DNA of 64,000 bases from an uncultured Candidatus Saccharibacteria bacterium (GTDB lineage Bacteria; Patescibacteriota; Minisyncoccia; Phycocordibacterales; CSBR16-119): contig CAZPVH010000003.1 in assembly GCA_964589975.1 (NCBI GenBank), positions 5,608 through 69,607 on the forward strand, given 5' to 3'. Position numbers and translations under genes: made by a program. The notes under the pieces were generated by a model that was not told the origin of the DNA, searched no databases, and saw only the letters and a list, made by a program, of their open reading frames with translations. Within the stretch, counting starts at the first letter, position 1, and the number at the start of each line of letters is the position of its first letter. Below are positions 1 to 9,739 of this stretch, one piece after another.

Positions 1-58
1 CTACATGTACCTGCGCGCCGCCGATCTCTGATTTGGTTATGGAATAAAGAATTCTCAT
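1..58 (-). CDS. Glycosyltransferase family 4, N-terminal fragment (runs off window)
   Basis: Reads MRILYSITKSEIGGAQVHV (GT4 N-terminal GGA motif); ATG overlaps the upstream TAA (TAATG). Confidence 0.75.
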   Translation of the reverse strand, partial: MRILYSITKSEIGGAQVHV

Positions 59-840
59 TATTTTAGAAATTTACGGATACTATATGGCAGTATCATACTG
101 GCAAGTGGGCGCGATAAATATATTATAGAAAACCAGGAGTAATCGCCTCTTTTGATAGCTTCCCATCTGGCCCTTAGGGCGAACTTCGCTTGTTCAGTAT
201 TTTTCTTTCTCGTAATCGAATTCTCGCTAACCCGGCTTTTTAATAAATTTTCTGGCAAATTAGATAATTTTGAAATTCTATTTAATCTGAAAAACAGTTC
301 ATAGTCTTGAGCATATTTCCAATCTTCGTTATAAAACCCTGCCGTATCTAGGGAGGACTTTCTCATCATAATAGAAGAATGAAAGAACGGATTAAATCTT
401 ATCAATGACTTACTAAGGTTTTCATACTTAGTCGGGTATCTTTGCTCGCCTATTGTTTCTGATTTTTCATTAATCAATTCTGCCCACGAACCCACAAGTC
501 CGTAATCTTTATTTTCATCTAAAAATTTAACTTGTTTTTCAAATCTCTCCGGAAAAGCAATATCGTCCGCGTCCATGCGGGCAATATATTCTCCCCGTGC
601 TTTTTTAAGAGCGATGTTAAGCGACTTCGTGAGCCCCAAGTTTTCTTTATTCCCCACAAGCCTCACTCGGTCATCAGCCAGAGTATATTCGTCAATGAGT
701 ACCGCGCTCGCGTCGGTCGAAGCGTCGTCGACAATTATGAATTCAAAGTCGCCAAATGTTTGCCCAAGGATGCTGTCTATACAGGCCTTCAGATAGGCTT
801 CGCCATTCCGGACCGACATGATGACAGAAACTTTTGGCAT
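58..840 (-). CDS. Glycosyltransferase family 2
   Basis: VSVIMSVRNGE, IIVDDASTD, YIARMDADD, QDYEL motifs. Confidence 0.95.
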   Translation of the reverse strand: MPKVSVIMSVRNGEAYLKACIDSILGQTFGDFEFIIVDDASTDASAVLIDEYTLADDRVRLVGNKENLGLTKSLNIALKKARGEYIARMDADDIAFPERFEKQVKFLDENKDYGLVGSWAELINEKSETIGEQRYPTKYENLSKSLIRFNPFFHSSIMMRKSSLDTAGFYNEDWKYAQDYELFFRLNRISKLSNLPENLLKSRVSENSITRKKNTEQAKFALRARWEAIKRGDYSWFSIIYLSRPLASMILPYSIRKFLK

Positions 841-843
841 AAT

Positions 844-1797
844 TTATACGAGTTCGAAAAACGTTTCCCAGTACCCGACTTCGAGCTTTGGATGAGAGAG
901 CATGGCGCCCATGCTCGTGGCGCAGATATCAGAGCGGCCGCGCCAGAAGCTTTTTCGGATCTCATAACCGTGCGAGCGAAGGAACTCAACGATTTCTCTG
1001 GCCGAAGAGTCTTTTTTATGAAGAAGCTCTGAATGAATTTCAATAAAGAAATACTTCGGCCTGTTACCCTCTGCTAAGGCCTTCTCCGAACCTTTCAATA
1101 TCTCTTTTTCATACCCCTCAACATCCATCCGGATGAAATCAACTTTCTTAAACTTGAGGAAATCATCGAGCGTCATGATTTCGACTTCGACTTCTTCGTA
1201 TTTCATACCCATATCTTCGCGCTTAATGAAGCTTGACAGGTTACCACGATCATAAACATAGAATTTTGCCTTGCCTCTGTTATCACCGAAAGCGGCCTGA
1301 TGGAGATCTGCGTTTCGAATATTATTTAGCTCCAAATTTTTCTTGAGTGAAGCAAAATTGTGCGGAGCTGGTTCGATGGCGTAGAGATGTCCGGTCGGAC
1401 CGGCGAGTTTCGTTTCGATAAGCGCGTAGTAGCCAATGTTCGCGCCAACTTCAAGAATCTTCATACCAGGAGTAATGATGCTTTTTACTTCTTCTGTTGA
1501 ATTTTTCTCATGAACACCATAGAGCGCCAATTCACGAGATATGCCGAGATCATTTAGATCAAGGATCATCATATTTCCTTGAACTTTTTTCATAATTTTC
1601 CCGTTCTTGAAAACGATGTAGAGAAATTTAAGAGGAATGTACTCGCGGAAAAATCGCTTCACTATAGTGAAAGCGACCGAGGCAGTCTTGCCAACAAAAA
1701 CAACCGGGCCCTTTTCCCTCAGAACCTTTATCCCCTTTTTAAAAAGGTTGTCGTTTGTTTTTAGGAGCGTATTTTTTAAATTTGATAGTCTTTTCAT
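844..1797 (-). CDS. FkbM-family methyltransferase
   Basis: ILEVGANIGYY, AIEP, TLDDF, IRMDVEGYE. Confidence 0.92.
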   Translation of the reverse strand: MKRLSNLKNTLLKTNDNLFKKGIKVLREKGPVVFVGKTASVAFTIVKRFFREYIPLKFLYIVFKNGKIMKKVQGNMMILDLNDLGISRELALYGVHEKNSTEEVKSIITPGMKILEVGANIGYYALIETKLAGPTGHLYAIEPAPHNFASLKKNLELNNIRNADLHQAAFGDNRGKAKFYVYDRGNLSSFIKREDMGMKYEEVEVEIMTLDDFLKFKKVDFIRMDVEGYEKEILKGSEKALAEGNRPKYFFIEIHSELLHKKDSSAREIVEFLRSHGYEIRKSFWRGRSDICATSMGAMLSHPKLEVGYWETFFELV

Positions 1798-1799
1798 AA

Positions 1800-2972
1800 T
1801 TAACTGTTCTGTTTTGAAATAATATTCTGCACCGCTTCTCGGAATGTCTTTGTGAAATTTTCTTTGGTATACTTTTCTGACTCTACATATGTGATTTCAC
1901 ATCTTCTTAGAAACTCGCTTCGTGACTCTTCGGATATTGCTTTAAATTTTGAGAGAAGATAATTCATCTCGATGGATTCAAGCATATACCCAAAATCTCC
2001 TACATCCACCCCGGCCTCCAAGGTGACAATAGGAATAAGTCCACGTCGCATACACGTCGTAACTGACGTAGCGCACCCCTCCGAAGACGAAGGAAGTATA
2101 ACATATCCGCATTCGCTGGAAATCTTCCTATATTCAGCACCTTTGACATCCATAAAGCCAATAAAATGGATGTTTGGAGAAGCTGCGAGCAACGGCGCCA
2201 TAATCTTATTAAAGTCCTCTTCACTTGTCGGCGCACCTATATATAGAGTTAGTTCAGGGAGATTATGAAAGGCTTCAATCGCGAGCGGTAGGCCTTTCAT
2301 GATATTTCCATTTCCGCCAAAGTAGAGAAACTTCTTTTGATCTTTTTCAGCAATCTCTTCCTTAGAAGTCCGTAGTCCATCGTAACTTGAAAGCCAAACT
2401 CGATGAACTGGCTTACCAAACTTCCGGTAACCTTCTATCCCCCAATCATTACAGCACGTAATGATTGCTTCCGTGTGCTTTATTGATTCGATTATATCTA
2501 CATTGTGGATTAGGCGACGATATACAATTTCATTTCCCGGGAATCTTTCTAGGAATTCATCGTGGCGCTTTTTTGTAATTTGATTGCTGAGATCAGGTTC
2601 CGGACCCATAGCGTATAAAATGCGAATTGCGCTCGGCAGTCCTTTGGCGATATCGATAAAATGCTTCCCCGAATCCCCTGCGCCCAGTCCGATGAATAAA
2701 TCATATTCGTCTTTGATCTTAGACACGTGAATCATCTCTGCCGTCCTGTCGATGATGTCAACGACATAGCCAAGCTCGTTCAAAATACAGGCCATTTGGT
2801 AGCTCTCCCAATTATTTGGATGAGACAGGTCAGTAAAAGCGCCGCGCAAAAAAAACTCTTCAGTCTTGTAGTACATTAACGCTCGGCCGCGCTTTTCCTT
2901 GAGGAATCGATCAAAGCCTCTTACGAATTTCCGCCGAGCTAATTTATTAATTATTTTTTGGAATATCTTCAT
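1800..2972 (-). CDS. Glycosyltransferase (GT-B, GT4-like)
   Basis: C-terminal KGL..AIEAF and ILPSSSEG...GLIPI; glycan cluster context. Confidence 0.8.
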   Translation of the reverse strand: MKIFQKIINKLARRKFVRGFDRFLKEKRGRALMYYKTEEFFLRGAFTDLSHPNNWESYQMACILNELGYVVDIIDRTAEMIHVSKIKDEYDLFIGLGAGDSGKHFIDIAKGLPSAIRILYAMGPEPDLSNQITKKRHDEFLERFPGNEIVYRRLIHNVDIIESIKHTEAIITCCNDWGIEGYRKFGKPVHRVWLSSYDGLRTSKEEIAEKDQKKFLYFGGNGNIMKGLPLAIEAFHNLPELTLYIGAPTSEEDFNKIMAPLLAASPNIHFIGFMDVKGAEYRKISSECGYVILPSSSEGCATSVTTCMRRGLIPIVTLEAGVDVGDFGYMLESIEMNYLLSKFKAISEESRSEFLRRCEITYVESEKYTKENFTKTFREAVQNIISKQNS

Positions 2973-2975
2973 CGA

Positions 2976-3890
2976 TTATTTTCCGTAAATCAGCGCGCGA
3001 AGTTCTTCTCCCGTATAGCTTTCAGCATTCTGTGTCGAGAGGGCCTCCGATGGATTCGCGTTCGTCTTTCCAGGACGAACAACATAGAAATCACCTTCAT
3101 CAAATGTGAAGTACCGCTCGCTCTCGCCGACCAGATCTTCGTGGATCTTTTCTCCTGGCGATATGCCAATGATTTCAAAGGAATCTTTTTTGAAAATAGT
3201 TTTTAGAATATCTAGAATACTCGCTTGTTTCATCTTTGGGATATAAATTTCTCCGCCGTCAGCTTTTTCTATGGCAGCGATAACAGTATTTACCGCATCA
3301 GTAAGCCTGAAGAAAAATCTCCTCATGTCTGCATGATGTAATTTTACTTCGAGCTCTGGATGCTCTTTCCAAAAAGTAATAACGCTTCCGTGCGAGTCGA
3401 TAATGTTGCCAAAGCGAGTGCAGGCAAAAGTAGTATCGGAATTCTTGTCCGCTTCTATAAACAGGCGCTCCATGATGTATTTCGTCATTCCGTAGGCATT
3501 GGACGGAGCCGCTGCTTTGTCTGTCGAAATACCGATTGCCTTTTTTATGCTTGGAGTATCTATCACTGCCTGGATGAAAGACTGCGAGCCGATAATATTA
3601 TTCAGGTAGCCCTGAGTCGGCTGCTCTTCCACCATAATTAGATCTTTCATGGCGGCTGCATGAATGGCCAGATGACATCCCCGGAGAGCATATTTTAAGG
3701 TTTCGGTATCTCTAACATCGCCAATTCGAAAAGTTAAATTAGGATTATTGAACTCCTTCATCATCTCGTACTGACGCTCCTCGTTTCGGCTATAAATGAC
3801 TATTTGATTATCTTTTCCAAGCTCTCGTGCGAGCGCTTTGCCAAGAGATCCTGTGCCGCCAGTTATGAGAATTTTCTTATCTTTGATCAT
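2976..3890 (-). CDS. Polysaccharide biosynthesis protein, UDP-GlcNAc 4,6-dehydratase (PseB/CapD-like)
   Basis: ITGGTGSLG, GDVRD, HAAAMK, ISTDKA, YGMTK, RFGN, GEKIHE. Confidence 0.92.
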   Translation of the reverse strand: MIKDKKILITGGTGSLGKALARELGKDNQIVIYSRNEERQYEMMKEFNNPNLTFRIGDVRDTETLKYALRGCHLAIHAAAMKDLIMVEEQPTQGYLNNIIGSQSFIQAVIDTPSIKKAIGISTDKAAAPSNAYGMTKYIMERLFIEADKNSDTTFACTRFGNIIDSHGSVITFWKEHPELEVKLHHADMRRFFFRLTDAVNTVIAAIEKADGGEIYIPKMKQASILDILKTIFKKDSFEIIGISPGEKIHEDLVGESERYFTFDEGDFYVVRPGKTNANPSEALSTQNAESYTGEELRALIYGK

Positions 3891-3899
3891 AAAGTTTGC

Positions 3900-4931
3900 C
3901 TATTGGTAAAGCTCTTCTATACCGCTAATAATACCTGTTCCCTGATTATTGGCAACAAATTGCTTCAACATCGGGAGACCTTCTTCCTTAGGCATTAGCC
4001 CGCCAATTCCGTCACAAATGCCAAAGACCCTTTTAGGATTCTCTACATCATCAACCAGAATATCTCCCCTGGCCCCCAAGGTTCCAGGGGTTATCAGGGA
4101 GGCGCCGTTCAAATATCGACTTCTCGGTTTTTCTAAGAGACGCCTTTGATATAGCCAATTTTCAATCATGCCGATGTAGCCGCCCAGACTTGACAGCGAA
4201 AGCACTTCAACACTTCGGGCGCGCGCCGCAGCTATGGCTTCTGGAAAAATATTTCTGTTTCCGGCATCGATTATTTTCCCCCCTGCTTTCATGGCGTCAA
4301 CAATGGAAGAGTCAATTACAGAAATGCCGGGCGTGCAGCCAATAATAAGATCTGTATCTTTTGCGCCATCTGCAAGAGTTTTGACCAGAGCAATTGAACT
4401 TCCGCTCCGCTTTATAAGATTAAGACCTTCAATAATTTTTTGGGATTTTTCGATGTCCTTATCGAAAAGGAAGACTCCTGCTCCACGTTCGCATAATTTC
4501 AAAGATATTTTTGAGCCGAGGTTCCCGGCTCCAATAATGAAAATCTTTTTACCATCAACGGACCCGAACATAGTCACGATAAAAATATCCAGAGAATCTA
4601 CTGTAAAATCATTAGGTTTCACGATAAGACACTTGCTTTTCTTTATTCTTGTCAAAAATTCTTGAGCCAAGCTTCCTGCTTCGTTCTTTACTTCACAATC
4701 AATCAAAAAATAACCGACAACTCCGTCAAAAATACTAACGATTTCATCTATACTGGATTTTTCGCGCAATATGATAGTAACGGCAATTGTTGTTTTGGTT
4801 TCTCTTGTTGACCCAAAAATTATTTCAGGATTGGTAATGTCTGCCGTCGTCGATACCAGAATCAGTTTTTCCTTCGTTGAGCCAAGTAGAACAGATTTAA
4901 GGCTTTCAAATTTTTCTCTTACATTTTCCAT
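3900..4931 (-). CDS. NAD(P)-binding Rossmann-domain protein
   Basis: IFIIGAGNLG...FLFDKD; translationally coupled within the cluster. Confidence 0.65.
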   Translation of the reverse strand: MENVREKFESLKSVLLGSTKEKLILVSTTADITNPEIIFGSTRETKTTIAVTIILREKSSIDEIVSIFDGVVGYFLIDCEVKNEAGSLAQEFLTRIKKSKCLIVKPNDFTVDSLDIFIVTMFGSVDGKKIFIIGAGNLGSKISLKLCERGAGVFLFDKDIEKSQKIIEGLNLIKRSGSSIALVKTLADGAKDTDLIIGCTPGISVIDSSIVDAMKAGGKIIDAGNRNIFPEAIAAARARSVEVLSLSSLGGYIGMIENWLYQRRLLEKPRSRYLNGASLITPGTLGARGDILVDDVENPKRVFGICDGIGGLMPKEEGLPMLKQFVANNQGTGIISGIEELYQ

Positions 4932-4932
4932 A

Positions 4933-5643
4933 CTATAAAAGTTTATCAGGATTTCCTTTTAAAATATGCTTGAGGCTCTCCGGCCCATGATTTAGATAAA
5001 GATCAAGAATTGATAGGTATGCGGCAAATTCTTTGCCCTTGAATTGCGGATACTCCGGATGCGTAAATTTCTGAAAGATGACTTTGATCCCCGCCTTGTC
5101 ATACTCTTCTGTTTTTAGATATGCTTTCGCCCCGCTTCCGGATAGATACGTATCGGCGCCGCAGACCTTGCATATTTCGAGTGTCACGTCGGTACCACCT
5201 TTTGCCTTTCCCGACAGCGACAACTCAGAGGCTCTCTTTATCTCTGTTTTTATTCCGAGCTTTTCTTTCAAGGCCAAAATCAAATCTAAGTTAAAATCAG
5301 CCAACTTCTCGTGTTTTTTAGCGTAATGGTTTTCCAAAAATTCTAGCGTTTTTGGCGCGTGTGGATGTTTCGCATAATTCTGTCTAAGTGTTGTGAGGTG
5401 CTTTTTGATTATCGGACTCTGCCAATTTATCCTTATATCGCTAATCCTTGCATCCGATGAGTGCTTAAGAAGTGGAATGGTGAGCCAAGTTGGTTTTCCG
5501 GAGGCCAAAATCTTATTCCTATTTTGAACGTTATTTTTTTCAAATTGAACGGTGTCTAAAATAACAAAAACGTCAGCCAAATGCATCTTGTGAAAAAATC
5601 CTAGCCAAGGAAAGGCCTCTGGCTGATGGATGGCAACTATCAT
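4933..5643 (-). CDS. WbqC-family protein
   Basis: AIHQP..FPWLGFFHK, DTVQF, NRNKI, YLSG.G, LSILD. Confidence 0.92.
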   Translation of the reverse strand: MIVAIHQPEAFPWLGFFHKMHLADVFVILDTVQFEKNNVQNRNKILASGKPTWLTIPLLKHSSDARISDIRINWQSPIIKKHLTTLRQNYAKHPHAPKTLEFLENHYAKKHEKLADFNLDLILALKEKLGIKTEIKRASELSLSGKAKGGTDVTLEICKVCGADTYLSGSGAKAYLKTEEYDKAGIKVIFQKFTHPEYPQFKGKEFAAYLSILDLYLNHGPESLKHILKGNPDKLL

Positions 5644-5645
5644 AT

Positions 5646-6287
5646 TTAGAGTTTCAAGCTAACGCGGACCGCCTCAAAAGCTTCGGCATATTTGCATCCG
5701 TTCTCAAAGCCGCGGATCTTGGCTCGGCCTTCGATTGCCTCAATCCAGCGCTCGCCATATTTGGCATGCTGGCTGCGGTGCTCTTTTAGTGACTCAAGCT
5801 TTTGATCAATAGTGTCGGAGATATCAAAATAAACCTGTGCCCGGAATGGGTGGTAAGAACGTCCGGATGGTGGAATAGGTTCGTACATGAAAATGTTGTA
5901 CATGTATCGCGCAGCGGAAATCGTAGCCTGAGCAGTATTTTTATGATCCTGATGAGTATCGAACACCCAGTGAGTAAAGATATACTCCGGCTTGAACTCA
6001 GACATGATCTGATCAAGCGCCTCTACCGTCGATCCGTTATACGGCACGTTCTTGTTCGGGAAATTAAGTACAACGAGGTCGGTCACCCCGAGCTTCGCTG
6101 CGGCTGCTCTGCCTTCGGTCATGGCCTCGTCGACGGTCCGAAGAACTGTCCCATCGAAATTCTGGTATGAGGAATCGGTCATAACGACCATCTTAACCTT
6201 ATGGCCCTCTTTCACAGCCTTGGCTAAAATACCCCCGCAGGCGAGTTCAATATCATCCAAATGCGCCCCTATGGCCAATATATTCAT
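5646..6287 (-). CDS. PIG-L/LmbE-family deacetylase
   Basis: AIGAHLDDIELACGG, DTHQDH, AEAFE; start moved to MNIL (TAGATT box 7 nt upstream). Confidence 0.9.
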   Translation of the reverse strand: MNILAIGAHLDDIELACGGILAKAVKEGHKVKMVVMTDSSYQNFDGTVLRTVDEAMTEGRAAAAKLGVTDLVVLNFPNKNVPYNGSTVEALDQIMSEFKPEYIFTHWVFDTHQDHKNTAQATISAARYMYNIFMYEPIPPSGRSYHPFRAQVYFDISDTIDQKLESLKEHRSQHAKYGERWIEAIEGRAKIRGFENGCKYAEAFEAVRVSLKL

Positions 6288-6378
6288 ATTGTCTAATCTA
6301 CCCTTTTGGACCAAAAAATCAAGCCTATTTCTTAAAAACGTAAAGCAAGTATGGGAAGTATAATTTCGCGGTAGACAA

Positions 6379-7053
6379 TCACCTGGAAAGAAACCTCTCT
6401 AGCTTGTTCCGCGAATCAGCAAGAAACCCCAAGTATTTAGCACCTGTAATTTTCTCCGTATCGCTAATAATAAAGCCGGGGTTACCTTTAAAAATATTCC
6501 CGCCCCCAACAACCGATTCTTTCGCAAATCTATAATCCCCCGTAAATGATTTCCAAGTTCTATCTTTCATCCTAATCTTCGGTGAGAAAAAATAACCAAG
6601 CTTGTTGTGTGATGAGAACGCTAAAAGCCCGCCCGGCTTTAATTTTTTTGTCGCTTCCTGAAGAGCTTTGTCACGCATTTCTTTCAAATCGATATAGTCT
6701 ATTGAATTCATAGGAAACAGAACGACATCAAAACCCTGGTCCGGTAGAAATGAGAGGTCTGATGCATCACCTTCGCAGAATTCTAGGTCTCTGAATTTTT
6801 CCTGAGGAAAATTATTTTTTGCAATCTCGGTCAACTTTTTTGAGCGATCAATGCTTAAAACTTTATTCCCGTAAAGCAATAAATTTACAGGTACGCGGCC
6901 GGCCCCACCACCCAATACCAAGACGCTCTTCCCTTTTAAGTCATATCTATCGATCAGATATTTTTCCGGATTGTTCAGACTCTTTACTCGTGTCGTGTTC
7001 GCCGCGTATTTCGCGACAACTTGGTCAGACTCGTAAAGCTCTTCATTATTCAT
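6379..7053 (-). CDS. Class I SAM-dependent methyltransferase (possibly prematurely stopped; frame continues to 6325)
   Basis: VLVLGGGAGR, GDASDL, LKPGG. Confidence 0.85.
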   Translation of the reverse strand: MNNEELYESDQVVAKYAANTTRVKSLNNPEKYLIDRYDLKGKSVLVLGGGAGRVPVNLLLYGNKVLSIDRSKKLTEIAKNNFPQEKFRDLEFCEGDASDLSFLPDQGFDVVLFPMNSIDYIDLKEMRDKALQEATKKLKPGGLLAFSSHNKLGYFFSPKIRMKDRTWKSFTGDYRFAKESVVGGGNIFKGNPGFIISDTEKITGAKYLGFLADSRNKLERFLSR

Positions 7054-8026
7054 ATAGAGAACTGATATTTTTGATAAGATCGTTAAAATTTTGGTCGATA
7101 GAATAATTCATTTCAATATTTTTCTTTAAATTACGACTGTATTCATTTCGAAGTTCTGGATTTTTAATTAAAGATTCAATTGCGTGCTTCCAGCCCTCTT
7201 TTGTTCCTACCAATAGCCCCGATTTTTTATCCTGGATAATCTGACAGGCCGAAGGTGTAAAATCTGCAACAACTGGGATTCCGAGTTGTGAGAAAACATA
7301 AATCCTTCCCGAATTATTCGACATCTTGAAACGCAGAACATAGTCATTCTTCACATAACTCTCAGGGTTACTGAAGAAAGCCCTAAATGGCCGAGCGAAA
7401 AGTTTGGGTGCCGGAAGCGCCGATGGCGCAATACCAATATCGCACTCTTTTAGATCTTCCAAAAATTTTCCTTCTTCCCACTGTATGTGCTTAACTTTAC
7501 AGATTTTTGGACAATTTTGCGTCCACCTACCCAGCTTGTCTACGTTATAAATAGCGCGCAGTTCTATATCATAAGTCTTGGCAAGTTCATCAAGCGCCCA
7601 CGATGCATCTACCATGGCATCAAGGTGCTGCTTATTCCCGTGATAGCCGATGACTATCTTTTTCTTCTCAACATGAATCTTTTCCGAAACTGGGATATCC
7701 GGGAACATATAATAAATGAAAACATTTTTGTTATATTTGAGAAAAAAATCTCTCTGCTCAATCGAAGAAACAATCAGAAAATCCGCCGCTCGGGCTTCCT
7801 CGCGCTGGCGCGAAAGCGTGACCTTTGGATCGAAAATTCCCGCCAATATTTTAGGATTCATTTGTTTGGCTTTCCTGATTTCTGAGTCTGGTGCCATAAA
7901 TAAAGCGACATCGTAGGCGCGGTAGTTATCCCAAACATTCCTTGTGGCTTCAGACAACCTTTTTACTAGCCCATCCAGAACGATGGTGCCAGCAGCTTTG
8001 TAGTTTGTATTTATGACGAATTTCAT
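7046..8026 (-). CDS. Glycosyltransferase (GT-B)
   Basis: IGYHG, CDIGIAP, LGIPVVAD, SGLLV; likely start MKFVIN in an ATGA overlap. Confidence 0.8.
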   Translation of the reverse strand: MKFVINTNYKAAGTIVLDGLVKRLSEATRNVWDNYRAYDVALFMAPDSEIRKAKQMNPKILAGIFDPKVTLSRQREEARAADFLIVSSIEQRDFFLKYNKNVFIYYMFPDIPVSEKIHVEKKKIVIGYHGNKQHLDAMVDASWALDELAKTYDIELRAIYNVDKLGRWTQNCPKICKVKHIQWEEGKFLEDLKECDIGIAPSALPAPKLFARPFRAFFSNPESYVKNDYVLRFKMSNNSGRIYVFSQLGIPVVADFTPSACQIIQDKKSGLLVGTKEGWKHAIESLIKNPELRNEYSRNLKKNIEMNYSIDQNFNDLIKNISSLYE

Positions 8027-8658
8027 GCTGGCCTTATAACTGCCCAAATCTCTCCGAATTGAACAGTATGGCTATCAATCCTATAACCCGCCTGAGCAAA
8101 TTCCTTTTGGAATTGTGAAAACGTAAATTCAGTAAAGTGCGTCGTATCGAGGCGGTAATCAAGCCCGAGTTCTTTTTTATAAAGGGTCACCCACTCCCTG
8201 TCTATCATGGGCACACGGAATAGGAACTTGTCTGCGAGCGGTCGAATACTCTTTAGGAAATTTACTCTGTCGTCGATATGCTCCAACACATTCGACATGA
8301 TGATGACGTCGAATTTCTCATTTGACAAATCTTTAGTGGCATCAGCTACCCGGTATTCTATATTGACTGCTGAGTGTGCACGTCTCGCCTTTTCCACCAA
8401 ACTTTTCTCTATTTCAACTCCGGTTACTTTTTTTACTTTTTTTGCTACATCGTAAACCAGAGCACCATTGCCACAACCGATATCCAGGACTGTGTCTTCG
8501 GGACCAACATTATTTGCAAAAAATTCATGAAAGCCTATGAGGCGATGCTTGGGGTGGAGCCCTCCCTCATATTTGATTGCCAAATAGGAAATCAGTTTAT
8601 AAGAAAAGCTGTGAAGCTTAAGAGCTAATTTTAGTAAAATTTTATACAAAGCTTTCAT
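8023..8658 (-). CDS. Class I SAM-dependent methyltransferase
   Basis: VLDIGCGNG, FDVIIMSNVLEHI. Confidence 0.92.
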   Translation of the reverse strand: MKALYKILLKLALKLHSFSYKLISYLAIKYEGGLHPKHRLIGFHEFFANNVGPEDTVLDIGCGNGALVYDVAKKVKKVTGVEIEKSLVEKARRAHSAVNIEYRVADATKDLSNEKFDVIIMSNVLEHIDDRVNFLKSIRPLADKFLFRVPMIDREWVTLYKKELGLDYRLDTTHFTEFTFSQFQKEFAQAGYRIDSHTVQFGEIWAVIRPA

Positions 8659-9739
8659 AAATTAATTTCTCCTTATTTATTATTGTTTCTAGGCTATAAT
8701 CACGAACAATCATTTCTCTCGCATTAGCTCCCAGTCTATCACGCAGCTCTTTATTTTCAAGAAGTGTCTTTATCTTTTCGTGAAGGCTCTCTGCCGATAA
8801 GTCCGCCAAAAGACCCGTCTCGCCTTCGGCAATCACTTCCCTGATGCCTTTTACGTTAGTTCCAACACAGGCAAGTCCGCAAGACATGGCTTCAAGGAGA
8901 GCCTTTGGATTGCCCTCAGACTTGGAAGGCAAAATAAAAATCGCGCTTTTTGAAAGTTCTATGGGTAATTTTTCCTGAGCCACTTGGCCCAAGAAATTTA
9001 CACGCACACCTTTTTCCTTGGCCAGGTTTTGAATTTTTTCTTTTTGCGATCCGCTTCCGATAAGAAAAAGCTCGCATGGAAGACCTTTGAGTGAATCGAC
9101 CAAAAGCGGCAAATTCTTGTCTTCTTCGAGCCGGCCGACGAAAATGATCCTATTCTCTATTTGTAAAGAAAGGTTCGGCACAAAATGATCCGTATCAATA
9201 TAGTTTCTAACGACTTCGATTCGATTTTTCGGAATATTAAATTCCCGAACAATAAAATCCTGATCCTCGTTCGAAGTAATGATTATTCTGTCAGCATTTT
9301 TATACGACCAATTTTCTACAACCCTGGCAATATTTTTTTTCCACCAGGAAGCTCTGGTGGTTTTTAAATAATTCAACCACTCATACCCGGAGCGCACCAT
9401 TAATTTCTTCTTGAAGATCTTTTTGCCAATAACTCCCGCCCAAGATCCATCCATCTGATTTGTCTTGATGATATCAAGCTTGCGAAAGTGCTTAGCTCTA
9501 ATAATAGGCATCAAAAACATATACAATGCGCCTGGAATAAATTTAGGTTTTGAGATAATGCGGATGTTTTTCGGAAAAAGAAACCCATACCTTTCTTCTT
9601 TGACTCCGTACGTGAAAAAATAAATTTCTTCTATTTCTCTCGAGAGTTCGATGTATGGCCTAACCTCGCGCACCAGATTCCCCACCCTATCCCATGTAGC
9701 AAGAGAAATATTTCTCGTAAAGACAAGGCCGAGTTTCAT
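8642..9739 (-). CDS. Glycosyltransferase family 4
   Basis: FVGRLEEDKN, ILPSKSEGNPKALLEAMSCG. Confidence 0.95.
   Translation of the reverse strand: MKLGLVFTRNISLATWDRVGNLVREVRPYIELSREIEEIYFFTYGVKEERYGFLFPKNIRIISKPKFIPGALYMFLMPIIRAKHFRKLDIIKTNQMDGSWAGVIGKKIFKKKLMVRSGYEWLNYLKTTRASWWKKNIARVVENWSYKNADRIIITSNEDQDFIVREFNIPKNRIEVVRNYIDTDHFVPNLSLQIENRIIFVGRLEEDKNLPLLVDSLKGLPCELFLIGSGSQKEKIQNLAKEKGVRVNFLGQVAQEKLPIELSKSAIFILPSKSEGNPKALLEAMSCGLACVGTNVKGIREVIAEGETGLLADLSAESLHEKIKTLLENKELRDRLGANAREMIVRDYSLETIINKEKLIYESFV

Noticed and set aside
6379-6381. Genetic code 25 (TGA=Gly)
   Set aside because: Long conserved genes have no internal TGA, and TGA terminates genes in ATGA overlaps
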